Shown here in pieces: positions 39,487 to 48,660 of a DNA stretch of 64,000 bases. Numbering within the stretch: position 1 is the first letter of the stretch; each line of letters begins with the position of its first letter. Source of the stretch: a bacterium (GTDB lineage: Bacteria > Actinomycetota > CALGFH01). The stretch lies in NCBI GenBank assembly GCA_046727955.1, contig JBKPDO010000038.1, positions 22,198 to 86,197 on the forward strand, read 5' to 3'. Below the pieces are notes generated by a model. That model saw nothing but the letters and a program-made list of their open reading frames with translations, did no database searches and was not told the origin of the DNA. The translations under genes and the position numbers were made by a program.

Positions 39487-39808
39487 GATGGCAGGCGCTG
39501 CGCTGGAGCTGGAGCTGCCGCTGCCGCAGGAGCCGGCCGAGCTGCTGGCCGAGACGCGGGCGCTGGTGGAACGGTCCTCTGCTGAGGGTGCGGCCCTGAT
39601 CGACCAGGGCGAGTGGATCGTCGAGCCTCTCTGGCGGGACTGGGGGACGGAGCTGGAGCAGGCGGGGATGCGGCGCGAGGAGCTTGTCCAGGTCGCCATC
39701 GACTACCGCATGGAGCTGTGGCTCTGGGTGATGCGCGAGCGCACCTGGCCCCACTGCTCGAGCGGCCTGCGCGGTCGCGTTCTCCGCCGCCTCGCCGCGG
39801 GGCTCTAG
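39487..39808 (+). CDS. Hypothetical protein (107 aa), co-directional with and immediately downstream of the nirA-frhB-like pair
   Basis: ORF with coding-like composition (MAGAALELELPLPQEPAELLAETRALVERSS...). It is followed by a strong hairpin. Confidence 0.45.
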
Positions 39809-39825
39809 CCCGCCAAGGGCGGGCT
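39796..39825 (+). terminator. Perfect 13-bp-stem hairpin ggctctagcccgcc-aagg-ggcgggctagagcc, a factor-independent-like terminator without T-tract
   Basis: Direct reading. It overlaps the stop of the 39487-39808 ORF. Confidence 0.5.
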
Positions 39826-39900
39826 AGAGCCCCGGTCAAGTAGCCGGTATTGAGGTGATTGGGTGGCCACCGGGGGCGGCTCGCAGGGCTGGGAGCTGTA
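39826..39900. repeat. Copy 1 of a roughly 60-70 bp repeat CCGGTCAAGTAGCCGGTaTTGAGGTGATTGGGTGGCCaCCGGGGGCGGCtCGCAGGGC
   Basis: Near-identical to 61069-61140 (4 mismatches in 57 bp). A partial further match (tatgcgggggcctgggccccccgc) lies at 39990-40020. Confidence 0.7.
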
Positions 39901-40029
39901 CGTATGGTCTGACGCTGCATGCTGCGCCGCCTACTTGACCGGCGCTCTAGTGGTCAACAAACGAGTCAAGTTTCGAGGGCGGAGCCCTCACCGCTTTGGG
40001 GGGTATGCGGGGGCCTGGGCCCCCCGCAG

Positions 40030-41160
40030 CTAGGCCTCGGCGATGCGGTCGCCGTAGCGCTCCTCCACGCGGCGGACCCTCCACAGCAGCACCGAGCCGA
40101 TCCAGGCGGCCAGGAACATCGCCACGATGACGTAGCCGAGCACGCCGAAGTCGAGCTTCTGGTCGAGGAACTCGAAGAACGCGCCGTGCCAGCCGAGCCT
40201 GTTGCTGAGGACCTGCAGGATCTCGATGCTGCCGATCAGCAGGGCGACCGCCACCGATAGGCCAGTGGTGGTGATGTTGTACCAGATCTTCCGCAGCGGA
40301 CTGGAGAACGCCCACCCGTAGGCCTTGGACATCAGCGCTCCGTCGGTGGTGTCCATCATGCTCATCCCCGCCGCGAACAGCAGCGGCAGCGAGATCACCG
40401 CCCAGAACGATACCCTGCCGGTGGCGACCCCGGCGGTCAGCGCCAGCAGGCCGACCTCGCTGGCGGTGTCGAAGCCCAGGCCGAACAGCAGCCCGAGCGG
40501 GTACATCTGCCAGGAGTGGTTGATCAGCTTCTGCGCCCGGCCGCCGAGGATGCGGTTGACGAAGCCGCGCTGCAGCAGCAGCTCCTCGAGGTGCTCGCGG
40601 TGGTAGGTGCCCTGCTTCATCTGCCGCCAGATGCGGACGATCTCCAGCAGCACGATCAGGTTGAGCACGCCGATGACCCACAGGAACACCCCGGAGACGC
40701 TGGCGCCGATGGTCCCGCCGACGTTTTGCCACCCGGGGATGCGCGACTCCACCGCCTTGGCCGCAACCGCCAGGCCCAACGCCAGCGAGAACACGACGGT
40801 GGAGTGGCCAAGCGAGAAGAAGAACCCCACCCCGAGGGGTCGCTTGCCCTTCTGCAGCATGAAGCGGGTGGTGTCGTCGATCGCGGAGATGTGGTCGGCG
40901 TCGAAGGCGTGGCGCAGCCCGAAGGTGTAGGCCAGCACGCCAGCGCCGGCGAAGGCCGGGTACTTGGACGCCACCCCGACGAACAGCCCCCAGCCGAGCA
41001 CGTGCAGCAGCGCGATGAAGCCGTACATGCTGCCGAGCCTTCCCCACTCGCTCGGGGTGAACAGGGTGAGCGCGCGGGTCAGGCGCCCCTGTGCCGGCTG
41101 AGTGGACCGGGCGAACCGGGCGGGCCGGGCGGACCGGGCGGACCGGACGTCGACGGCCAT
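40030..41160 (-). CDS. hoxN: HoxN/HupN/NixA-family high-affinity nickel/cobalt permease (NiCoT)
   Basis: The NiCoT signature in TM2 is LRHAFDADHISAIDD. A second motif is LGFDTASEV. There are 8 TM segments. The N-terminus contains 9-bp repeats (cgggcggac) at 41102-41150. Confidence 0.85.
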   Translation of the reverse strand: MAVDVRSARSARPARFARSTQPAQGRLTRALTLFTPSEWGRLGSMYGFIALLHVLGWGLFVGVASKYPAFAGAGVLAYTFGLRHAFDADHISAIDDTTRFMLQKGKRPLGVGFFFSLGHSTVVFSLALGLAVAAKAVESRIPGWQNVGGTIGASVSGVFLWVIGVLNLIVLLEIVRIWRQMKQGTYHREHLEELLLQRGFVNRILGGRAQKLINHSWQMYPLGLLFGLGFDTASEVGLLALTAGVATGRVSFWAVISLPLLFAAGMSMMDTTDGALMSKAYGWAFSSPLRKIWYNITTTGLSVAVALLIGSIEILQVLSNRLGWHGAFFEFLDQKLDFGVLGYVIVAMFLAAWIGSVLLWRVRRVEERYGDRIAEA

Positions 41161-41402
41161 TCGCTGCTCCCTTCCTCCGCTATTCGTGCCTGCTGGCGTC
41201 CCTCACAGATCGGTGATGCCGGCGGTCGACCGCAGCCATACTTGCATGTTAGTTGCAACTAGGCAAGGGTCGTACGACCATGCGGAGGGCAGCAGCGCCG
41301 CTCGAGCAGCGGCCCGGGCAATGCAGCTATCTCGGCTCTGGGCCAAGCGGACCAGACCGGGCCGTGCCGGCCTGCCGGGCCGTGCCGGCCTGCCGCGATG
41401 CC

Positions 41403-41951
41403 TCAGGAGCCGATGCGAGCGCTGCGACGCTCGAGCAGCAGCACGTCCCGCCAGCGGCCATTGAGCTGCCCGAGGCGCTCGCGCACCCCTACCACGCGGA
41501 AGCCGCAACGGCGGTGCAGCGCAAGGCTCGGGCCGTTCTCGGGGAAGATGCCGGTCTGCACCGTCCAGATCCCTGCCGCCTCGGCGCCCTCTACCAGCGC
41601 GGCCAGCAGGCGCCGGCCGACCCCCATGCCCTGCGCGCGCCCGGCGACGTAGATGCTGTCCTCGGCCACGCCCGCGTAGACGCAGCGGTCGGACACGGGC
41701 GCGAGCGCCGCCCAGGCAAGGACGCCGCCGGACTCGCCGCCGGACTCGCCGCCGGACTCGCCACTGCCGGTGGCGGCTCGGGCCACCAGCCGGTGGCCGG
41801 CCAGGTGGCTCGAGTCCCAGCGCTCCCAGGTGGGCGGGGTGGTCTCGAAGGTGGCATTGCCAGTGGCGATGCCCTCGGCGTAGATCGCGGCGACCACCGG
41901 CCAGTCCTCGGGGCGGAGCGGGTCGATCCGCGGTGGCTGATTCATCTTCAT
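41403..41951 (-). CDS. GNAT N-acetyltransferase of the phosphinothricin acetyltransferase (PAT/Bar) type, with an in-frame 12-bp x3.5 tandem insertion (GESGGESGGESGG)
   Basis: PAT-like motifs are present (IDPLRPEDWPVVAAIYAEGIATGNATFE...YVAGRAQGMGVGRRLL). The tandem repeat ccggactcgccg lies at 41738-41775. Confidence 0.7.
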   Translation of the reverse strand: MKMNQPPRIDPLRPEDWPVVAAIYAEGIATGNATFETTPPTWERWDSSHLAGHRLVARAATGSGESGGESGGESGGVLAWAALAPVSDRCVYAGVAEDSIYVAGRAQGMGVGRRLLAALVEGAEAAGIWTVQTGIFPENGPSLALHRRCGFRVVGVRERLGQLNGRWRDVLLLERRSARIGS

Positions 41952-42056
41952 CCCGCTAACGATAAGCCCTGCCCTCCCAAGCGGCGACGGCGCCCTGACC
42001 GAGCTTGACCTTGTCACTGGTGGCACCCTCTATCGTGCGGGCGAAGGAGGGAGCTG

Positions 42057-42413
42057 ATGCGGATCGGAGAGCTGGCGCGGCGGTCGGGCGCGAGTGCCCG
42101 GTCGCTGCGCTACTACGAGCAGCAAGGCCTGCTGCAGGCGGCGCGACAGCCCAACGGCTACCGCGAGTACGGCGAGACCGAGCTCACGCTGGTCAAGGAG
42201 ATCCGCTCGCTGCTGGACAGCGGCTTCGACCTGGATGAGATCCGGCCGTTCGTCGAGTGCCTGCGCAGCGGCATCCAGGCGCGCCAGCAGTGCCCGGGCG
42301 CCCTGGAGGTGTACCAGCAGAAGCTTGTGGAGCTGGACGCCTACGTCTCCAGGCTGCAACTGCTCCGCGAGCGCGTGGCTGGCGAGCTGGACCGCTTCAC
42401 GGCCAACCAGTGA
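42057..42413 (+). CDS. MerR-family transcriptional regulator
   Basis: The N-terminal MerR HTH is MRIGELARRSGASARSLRYYEQQGLL. A coiled-coil dimerisation helix with Cys residues (CLRSGIQARQQCPG) follows. Confidence 0.85.
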   Translation: MRIGELARRSGASARSLRYYEQQGLLQAARQPNGYREYGETELTLVKEIRSLLDSGFDLDEIRPFVECLRSGIQARQQCPGALEVYQQKLVELDAYVSRLQLLRERVAGELDRFTANQ

Positions 42414-42457
42414 CCCAGACCAGCTCCCGATCCCGGACATCCGAGGAGGAGCCCGCC

Positions 42458-42793
42458 ATGCGCACCACCACGAACATCGCCCACGTGACCGACGCCACCT
42501 TCGAGGCCGAGGTGCTGCGGTCCCCGCGCCCCGTGCTGGTGGACTTCTGGGCCGAGTGGTGCCCCCCGTGCAAGCTGCTCGAGCCGGTCCTGGAGGCGAT
42601 CGCGGAAGAGCAGCGGGACGCGCTCACGGTCGTGAAGCTCAACATCGAGGAGCACCAGCGGACCGCCTCGCGCTACGGGGTCATGAGCTTCCCGACGATG
42701 GCCCTGTTCATCGGCGGCGTCGAGAAGACGCGCCTGATCGGCGCCATGCCCAAGCGCGCCATCCTCGCGGAGCTCGGCGAGTTCCTCGGCTGA
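42458..42793 (+). CDS. Thioredoxin with non-canonical WCPPCK active site
   Basis: Thioredoxin fold of 111 aa (FEAEVLRSPRPVLVDFWAEWCPPCKLL...SFPTMALF). A gaggagg RBS precedes it. The stop is directly adjacent to the convergent ltrA-like stop. Confidence 0.85.
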   Translation: MRTTTNIAHVTDATFEAEVLRSPRPVLVDFWAEWCPPCKLLEPVLEAIAEEQRDALTVVKLNIEEHQRTASRYGVMSFPTMALFIGGVEKTRLIGAMPKRAILAELGEFLG

Positions 42794-43999
42794 TCAGCGG
42801 CCGGCGCGCCGTGCCCGGCGGCTCTCGACGACGAAGCCGCCGACCACGATCACCACCAGCGCGCCGAGCTGCGCGTCCGCTGAGACCACCGTGCCGAGGA
42901 TCGAGCTGGGCAGCGCGAGGATGGCGATCGCCAGCCGCGCCGCCGTCGGGCCGGTGCCAAGGATCCACCTGAACAACGCCAGCCCGGCGACGTAGGTGGC
43001 CACGCCGGCGGCGAGAAACCACGCGGTCGAGGCGGCGACCGGCTCGCCGTAGTGGCCGATGGCCCCCTTGACCCCGGCGGCGAGCACGATGATCCCGCCC
43101 AGGATCGGCAGGAACGCGTAGCCGAACGCGAACAGCGCCAGCCAGGGGCCGCGTTCGGGGGACGCGTCGCCCAGCGCCCGCTCGGCCCGCTCGTCCTCGC
43201 TGTCGAAGTACAGCCACCACAGCGCAGCGGCCAGGGCCAGGCCGAGCGCCGCGGTGATCACGACGCCGGCGCCCAAGGGGCCGTGGGCCAGGCCGATGCC
43301 GACGGCGACGATGGACTCACCGAGCGCGATCAGCACGATGAGCCCGTGGCGCTCGACGAAGTGCGCTGCCCGGATCCTGAATCCGCTCACCGCCGTGAAG
43401 GCCGGGCTGATCCAGTGCAGCGCGAACCCCGCCGACCACAGCGTCCACTGGACCGCGCCGCCGGTGAAGCCGGCGGCGAGCAACAGCAGTGCGGTGATCG
43501 CGTTGGACGGCCCCAGCCGGGTCATGGCGCGCACCGCGCTCTCCTGGCTCGACAGCAGGAACATCCCGGTGTGCACCAGCGTGACGACCAGATACCCGAG
43601 GCCGAAGGCCACACCGCGGTCGCCGAACGCGCCGGGGATGGCAAGGGCGACGACCAGGAAGGCGGCCATGCCGAACAGCATCAGCAGCCGCAGCGACGGC
43701 TCGCGGGGCGGCACCGCGTTGGTCAGCCACGCGTAGCCGCCGTACATCCACCACACGTTGCCGAAGATGAGCGCGACGCGCGCCACGCCGGTCACCGTGG
43801 GCTCGGCGGCCAGCAGGCTGGTGAGCTGCGTGATGGTGAAGACGAAGACGAGGTCGAAGAACAGCTCGACGGTCGAGACCCGGGCCTCCTCGGTCGGCTT
43901 GGCGAGCGTCACGGCAACGATCCCCGAGAGTCGGCCAGGTCGATCAGTCCCATCACCTGTCCCCCACAACGCACCACGACAAACAGCAAGCCTACCCAA
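42794..43999 (-). CDS. Low-temperature-requirement A (LtrA) family membrane protein
   Basis: The LtrA N-terminal signature RVSTVELFFDLVFVFTITQL is present. It is a polytopic membrane protein. Confidence 0.75.
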   Translation of the reverse strand: MGRLAVCRGALWGTGDGTDRPGRLSGIVAVTLAKPTEEARVSTVELFFDLVFVFTITQLTSLLAAEPTVTGVARVALIFGNVWWMYGGYAWLTNAVPPREPSLRLLMLFGMAAFLVVALAIPGAFGDRGVAFGLGYLVVTLVHTGMFLLSSQESAVRAMTRLGPSNAITALLLLAAGFTGGAVQWTLWSAGFALHWISPAFTAVSGFRIRAAHFVERHGLIVLIALGESIVAVGIGLAHGPLGAGVVITAALGLALAAALWWLYFDSEDERAERALGDASPERGPWLALFAFGYAFLPILGGIIVLAAGVKGAIGHYGEPVAASTAWFLAAGVATYVAGLALFRWILGTGPTAARLAIAILALPSSILGTVVSADAQLGALVVIVVGGFVVESRRARRAGR

Positions 44000-44018
44000 G
44001 GACTTGGAGCCAGCGGCG

Positions 44019-44092
44019 TGGACGGACCCTTGGCGGACCTTAGCGAACCTCGGTGGACCCCCGGCGGACCCTCGGCGGACCCTCGGCTGACC
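44019..44092. repeat. Imperfect 11-bp tandem array (cggcggaccct-like x6) in the ltrA upstream region
   Basis: ggcggaccttagcgaacctcggtggacccccggcggaccctcggcggaccctcggctgaccc, read directly. Confidence 0.6.
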
Positions 44093-44094
44093 CG

Positions 44095-44865
44095 CTACTC
44101 TCCTGGTCCGCCGACCGTGACGCCGCTCGGCGGCCCCATGGCGGCCAGGTCCTGAAACGTGAGCGCGGGGCCAGTCAGGGGCGTCCTGGCGGGGGACCGC
44201 AGCCCGTCCAGGACCAGGTCGAGGTGACGGTGCGCCAGGCTCGCCGCGACGGCGAGCGGGAATGGTCCGGGCAGCGGGCGGGTCAGGCGCACCAGCAGCA
44301 GGCCGATGTCGCCGGACGCCACGTCCGCCCGCAGCAGCCCGTTCCCGCGGGCCGTGGCGATGATCTGGTCGAGCGGCTCGGTCGAGGCGCGGCGCGCGGC
44401 CAGCAGCTCGTCGTCCATGGTGATCCTGCCAACCAGGACCGGCATCGCCGCCGCGATGCGCAGGTCGAGCGCGCGGTGCATATAGCGCGCCAGCGCCCGG
44501 AAGGCGTCGGGCTCCTCGGCCAGGGCGGCGCGGCCCTCCTCGCCCGACCGGTGGAGGAGCTCGAGCGCGAGCTGGCGCAGCAGGTCCGGACGGTCGGGGA
44601 AGCGCCGGTACAGCGTGGCGATGCCCACGCCAGCGCGGCGGGCGACGTCGTCCAGCGGCGCGTCCGCGCCCCGCTCGATGAACACGTCGCGGGCCGCGGA
44701 CAGGATCCGCTCGCGATTGCGGCGGGCGTCGGCGCGCATGCGCCGCGCCCGCGCGGGCGCGGCGTTCGTCGTGGCGGCGTTCGTCGTGGCGGCGTTCGTC
44801 GTGGCGGCGTTCGTCGTGGCGGCGTTCGTCGTGGCGGCGTTCGTCGTGGCGGCGTTCGCGGTCAC
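44095..44865 (-). CDS. TetR/AcrR-family transcriptional regulator whose N-terminus is encoded by a 15-bp x6 perfect tandem repeat (NAATT)6
   Basis: The TetR HTH is ILSAARDVFIERGADAPLDDVARRAGVGIATLYRRF. The repeat ggcggcgttcgtcgt x6 lies at 44758-44852. GTG start at 44865. Confidence 0.8.
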   Translation of the reverse strand: MTANAATTNAATTNAATTNAATTNAATTNAATTNAAPARARRMRADARRNRERILSAARDVFIERGADAPLDDVARRAGVGIATLYRRFPDRPDLLRQLALELLHRSGEEGRAALAEEPDAFRALARYMHRALDLRIAAAMPVLVGRITMDDELLAARRASTEPLDQIIATARGNGLLRADVASGDIGLLLVRLTRPLPGPFPLAVAASLAHRHLDLVLDGLRSPARTPLTGPALTFQDLAAMGPPSGVTVGGPGE

Positions 44866-44980
44866 GTGACCTCCTCCATCAATCGCTCAATATGGAGGAG
44901 TTTCCTCCACTTCAGCGAAGGATAGCATCCGGCGTGCCGGTGGTGGACCCGGTGGGCGCCGGCGACGCGTTCGTTGCCGA

Positions 44981-46718
44981 CTACCTCTCAGATGCCGCTG
45001 GCTCCCTGGGCGGCGAGGAACAGGCCCACGGCGATGATGGCGGCAGCGCTCGCCAGCGGCAGGGCCCGGCTGAGCCCGGCGAGTCCCAGGCGCGGCCCAC
45101 ACGCGCCCACGCTGGGGAGGCAGCGCCCTGGTCGAGCGCGACGCCCCGGTCGACCGCGGCGCGCCGGTCGACCGCGGCGCGGACCCGGACCAGCAGCATG
45201 CCAGAGCCGGTAAGAGTCAGCGCCATGCCAGCGCCGTATGCCAGCACCAGCAGCACGCCGAACCAGGCACGGCCGAGCGCGATCGCGCCGAGCAGCACGA
45301 CCAGGGCCGACGGGCTGGGCACGAGCCCGCCGGCGAACCCCATCGATACCAGGCTCCGCCAGCCCGGCGGCCGGTGGTGGTCCAGGGCGCCGCCCGGCGG
45401 ATGCGTGTGACCAGGAGGCGGGTCGGCGCGGCCGGCCGAGCCAGCGTGGCCCGGCAGGTGCATGTGACCAGGTGGGGCGGCGCAGGCGTGCCCGGGCGAG
45501 TGAGCGTGCCCGGCCGAGTGGGCGTGGCGGTGGGCGTGGTGGTGGCGGGCGGTGTGCAGAACCCCGGCGAAGGAGGGTCACGCCGATTGAGGCCAGCAGG
45601 AGGCCGCTGGCGAGGCCGAGCAAGGGGTCCTGGCGCTCGGGCGCGAGCGCGGTCGAGGCCGACAGCGCGATCCCGAGCGCCAGGACCCCGGCGGTGTGGG
45701 TGAGCGTGACCGTCGACGCGACCAGCAGCGCCTGTGACAGCGAGCTGCGCAGGCCGGGGAGGTAGGCGGCCATGATCGTCTTGCCGTGCCCCGGAGCCAG
45801 CGCGTGGATCGCGCCGAGCAGCAGCGCCAGCGCAACCGCCAGGGCACCGAAGGCGGGACCGAGGCGCTGGCGGGCGACTAGTTCAGTGAAGGCGCGGGTG
45901 GCCCGGTCCACCGCCATGGGCACGGCCGCCCGCCGCGGCGCCGCCTCCGGTCCCCCACCCTCCGAGGCCGCGCCCGCCGCCGCGGTGCCGCCGGGCCGGA
46001 ACGAGACCGTGGCGGCGCGTTGGTCAAGCGGCGAGCGCAGCAGGTCCTTGGGGTAGCTGGTGAGGCGGGCGCTGGCGCTGGCGGCCGGCACGTCGCGCGA
46101 GGTCACCGTTGTGCCGTCACCGACAGCCGTGACCTCGCGCCAGCCGACGCGGCCTGCATAGTCGCCGTTGGTGAGGGTGAGGGTCCCGCCCGCGAGGGTC
46201 CCGCGGGTCTCCCCGGCGAGGGCCCCGCGGGTCTCCCCGGCGAGGGTCCCACCCGCGAGGGTCCCACCCGCGGGGGTTCGACTCGGGGGCGCCTGGCCTC
46301 GGGCAGTGGCGAGGCCGCATTCGAGGCGGAGGGTGGGCAGACCGCCGGCCCCAGGCGGGAAACTCATCCGGCTCGCCACCGTGACCAGGTCGAGGCGGCG
46401 CCCGTCCAAGCGCAGGACCAGCCCACCGGCCAGCCGCGGGCAGCTCGCCGACCGCCAGGCGCTCGCCTCCGCCGACGACACCGACTGATCACCATCGGCG
46501 TCGATCTCCTGCCGAGTCTGGAAGGCCGGGATCTCCGCCATGTCCACCACGTAGTCGACCTCGACACGGTCCGGCAGCAGGCGCAGCCCGGCGTACTGGT
46601 TGACGGTGAAATTCCCGAGCGGGTGCGCGGCCGCGGCCCCCGCTGAGACCAGCAGCAGCCCCACCGCCAGCGCAGCCACCGCGGCCAGCCGCACACCCGC
46701 GCGCCGCATCCTGACCAT
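44981..46718 (-). pseudogene. NicO/RcnA-family nickel/cobalt transporter with an N-terminal signal peptide and periplasmic domain. It is repeat-rich and broken by at least one frameshift, possibly two.
   Basis: One frame holds the signal peptide, HPLGNFTVNQY, and the NicO signature HALAPGHGK. The His-rich loop and C-terminal TM region (HTHPPG...GLVPSPSALVVLLGAIALGRAWFGVLLVLAYGAGMALTLT) are in another frame. Internal tandem repeats lie at 46190-46270 and 45148-45186. Confidence 0.55.
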
Positions 46719-46928
46719 AGCGAAGGCGCCGGGGCCAGTCCGCGGGCGCACGGCGCACACGGGGCGCACGGGGCGCACGGGGCGCCGCGGGGTGAGGCCG
46801 CGGATCCGGATCGGCAAGGTCGTCCTCCCGTCGTCGGTCACGAGTGCTTCGGACCCGACGCAAAGACGGATGGGCGGCAATCCAAAGTGTCGATCCGAAA
46901 GGGACGAGGTCCGGTCCTGGGGCGAGCC

Positions 46929-48389
46929 TCAGACGGGCTGGAACAGGCTGCGAAGGTCAGCCTCGTGCTCCGGGTCGGCGAGCATCACGACCTCGTCGCC
47001 GGCCTGCAGCCGGGTGTCAGCGCGCGCTGGGACCAGGTGGCCATCGCGGATGACCAGGCTGACCCAGACGTCCTCGTGACACGGCAGCTCCGAGATGGTG
47101 ACGCCGTCGGCTCGCGAGCCTGGGGCGACGTGGTGGCGGTGGAGGGCCTCGGGCTCCCGCTGAAAGCGCACGCCCAGGCTCCACGGCTCCGGCTCCACCG
47201 TGCGCAGCGGCACCCGCAGGCGATGCGCCAGCGCCGGGACCAGGCTGCCCTGGACGATGACGGAGAACGCGGTCACGACGAAGACGATGTTGTAGAGGCG
47301 CTCGGCCCCGGCGACGCCGGCGCCGAGGACGAAGGCGCCGAGCAGGATCGGCACCGCGCCCTTCAGGCCGGTCCACAGCACGAACAGGCGCTCCCCCCGC
47401 CGCAGGTCGACCGGCCACAGCAGCAGGCCCACCAGCACCGGGCGGACCACCAGCACCAGCAGCACCGCCAAGACCAGGCCGATCAGCAAGGCGCCGCCGT
47501 CGGGCAGGTCGCTCAGGTGGATGGTCAGGCCCAGCAGCACGAATGCGACGATCTCGGCGAGGCTGGCGAGCGCCGACTGGAACCGCTCGATCTCGCCCTT
47601 ATACGGGGCGCGCTCGTCGCCGAGCAGGATCCCGGCGACGAACACCGCCAGGAACCCCGACCCCCGCAGGACGCTGGCCGCCCCGTAGATCGCCAGCGCC
47701 CCGCCGAGGACCCGGAGCGGGTACAGGCCCTCGCTGGGCAGCGGCAGGCGGCGCATCACCCGGAGCAGCAGCCGGCCACCGAGCACGCCGACCACCACAC
47801 CGACCACCATCTGCAGGACGAACTGCAGCGCGACGGCCGCCACCGCCCGGCCGCCGCTGCCGCCGACGGCCAGCAGGGCGATCATCAGCGAGATGCCGAC
47901 CGGATCGTTGGCGCCGGACTCCCCCTCCAGCAGGGTCCCGCTGCGGCCGGCGACCTCGCGACGGCCCAGCACCGAGAACACCACCGCCGGGTCGGTCGGG
48001 GCCACCGCGGTGCCCAGCAGCAGGGACAGCCGCCACTCCAGCCCGAACAGCAGATTGGCGCAGACCGCGACCGCACCGGCGGTGAGCAGCGTCCCGACCA
48101 CGCCGATCCAGACCGTCGCCAGTGACGCCGTGCGGAACCGCCGCCAGCCGATGTGCAGACCACCGTTGAACAGGATCAGGGCCAGCGCGACGGTGACGAC
48201 CTTCTCGACCGTGTCGACCCGCAGCCGGCCGAGCGATGGCGCCAGGTCAGAGGCGACCGCGGCGCACAGCAGGAAGATCGCCGGGGCGGGGATGCGCAGC
48301 CGCTCGCTGAGCCGGTTGGAGAGCACCCCCGCAAGCCCCACCGCCGCGACGGCCAGCACCACCAGCCCGAAGGACGCGACGCTGGTCAC
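46929..48389 (-). CDS. Monovalent cation:proton antiporter (CPA1, NhaP2/K+-H+ antiporter-like) with C-terminal TrkA_C (RCK_C) domain
   Basis: 486 aa. About 12 TMs carry CPA1 motifs (LLEGESGANDPVGISL). The cytoplasmic RCK_C-like tail is ...ELPCHEDVWVSLVIRDGHLVPARADTRLQAGDEVVMLA. Confidence 0.8.
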   Translation of the reverse strand: MTSVASFGLVVLAVAAVGLAGVLSNRLSERLRIPAPAIFLLCAAVASDLAPSLGRLRVDTVEKVVTVALALILFNGGLHIGWRRFRTASLATVWIGVVGTLLTAGAVAVCANLLFGLEWRLSLLLGTAVAPTDPAVVFSVLGRREVAGRSGTLLEGESGANDPVGISLMIALLAVGGSGGRAVAAVALQFVLQMVVGVVVGVLGGRLLLRVMRRLPLPSEGLYPLRVLGGALAIYGAASVLRGSGFLAVFVAGILLGDERAPYKGEIERFQSALASLAEIVAFVLLGLTIHLSDLPDGGALLIGLVLAVLLVLVVRPVLVGLLLWPVDLRRGERLFVLWTGLKGAVPILLGAFVLGAGVAGAERLYNIVFVVTAFSVIVQGSLVPALAHRLRVPLRTVEPEPWSLGVRFQREPEALHRHHVAPGSRADGVTISELPCHEDVWVSLVIRDGHLVPARADTRLQAGDEVVMLADPEHEADLRSLFQPV

Positions 48390-48660
48390 CGGCGAAGACC
48401 TCCTGGACGAAGACAGGCTGTCCGGACGCCGACCAGCCTTCCCGGCACACCGTGCGGTCCAGGATAGTGGAAGCGACCTCCGCCATCCGCGAGCAGCCAG
48501 TAGGTCACGTGGGGGACCTCGGCTTCCACGCCGACCGCTGCCCGGTCGCCCGCACCATCGGCGGCTGCGTCGACATCACCACCAGCCTGGAGCTCACCAC
48601 GCTAGGACCGGAAGGGGGGAGCTCCAGCGGATCCGTTGTCCCGCGGTAGGATCGTTGGCG

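Noticed and set aside
36320-39699. Large antisense ORFs (36320..38080 and 38140..39699, minus strand) over the nirA/frhB-like pair
   Set aside because: The plus-strand frames carry unmistakable sulfite-reductase and FrhB motifs. The antisense products are low-complexity.
44758-44852. Possible CRISPR array (regular short direct repeats)
   Set aside because: The repeats are contiguous 15-bp units without spacers and lie inside a TetR coding sequence. Other arrays in the window (9-33 bp units) are likewise spacer-less. No cas genes are present.
44892-45000. PfkB-family carbohydrate kinase
   Set aside because: Only about 20 codons matching the PfkB signature-2 region (VVDPVGAGDAFVADYL) are present, with no upstream kinase body. 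It is a fragment at best.
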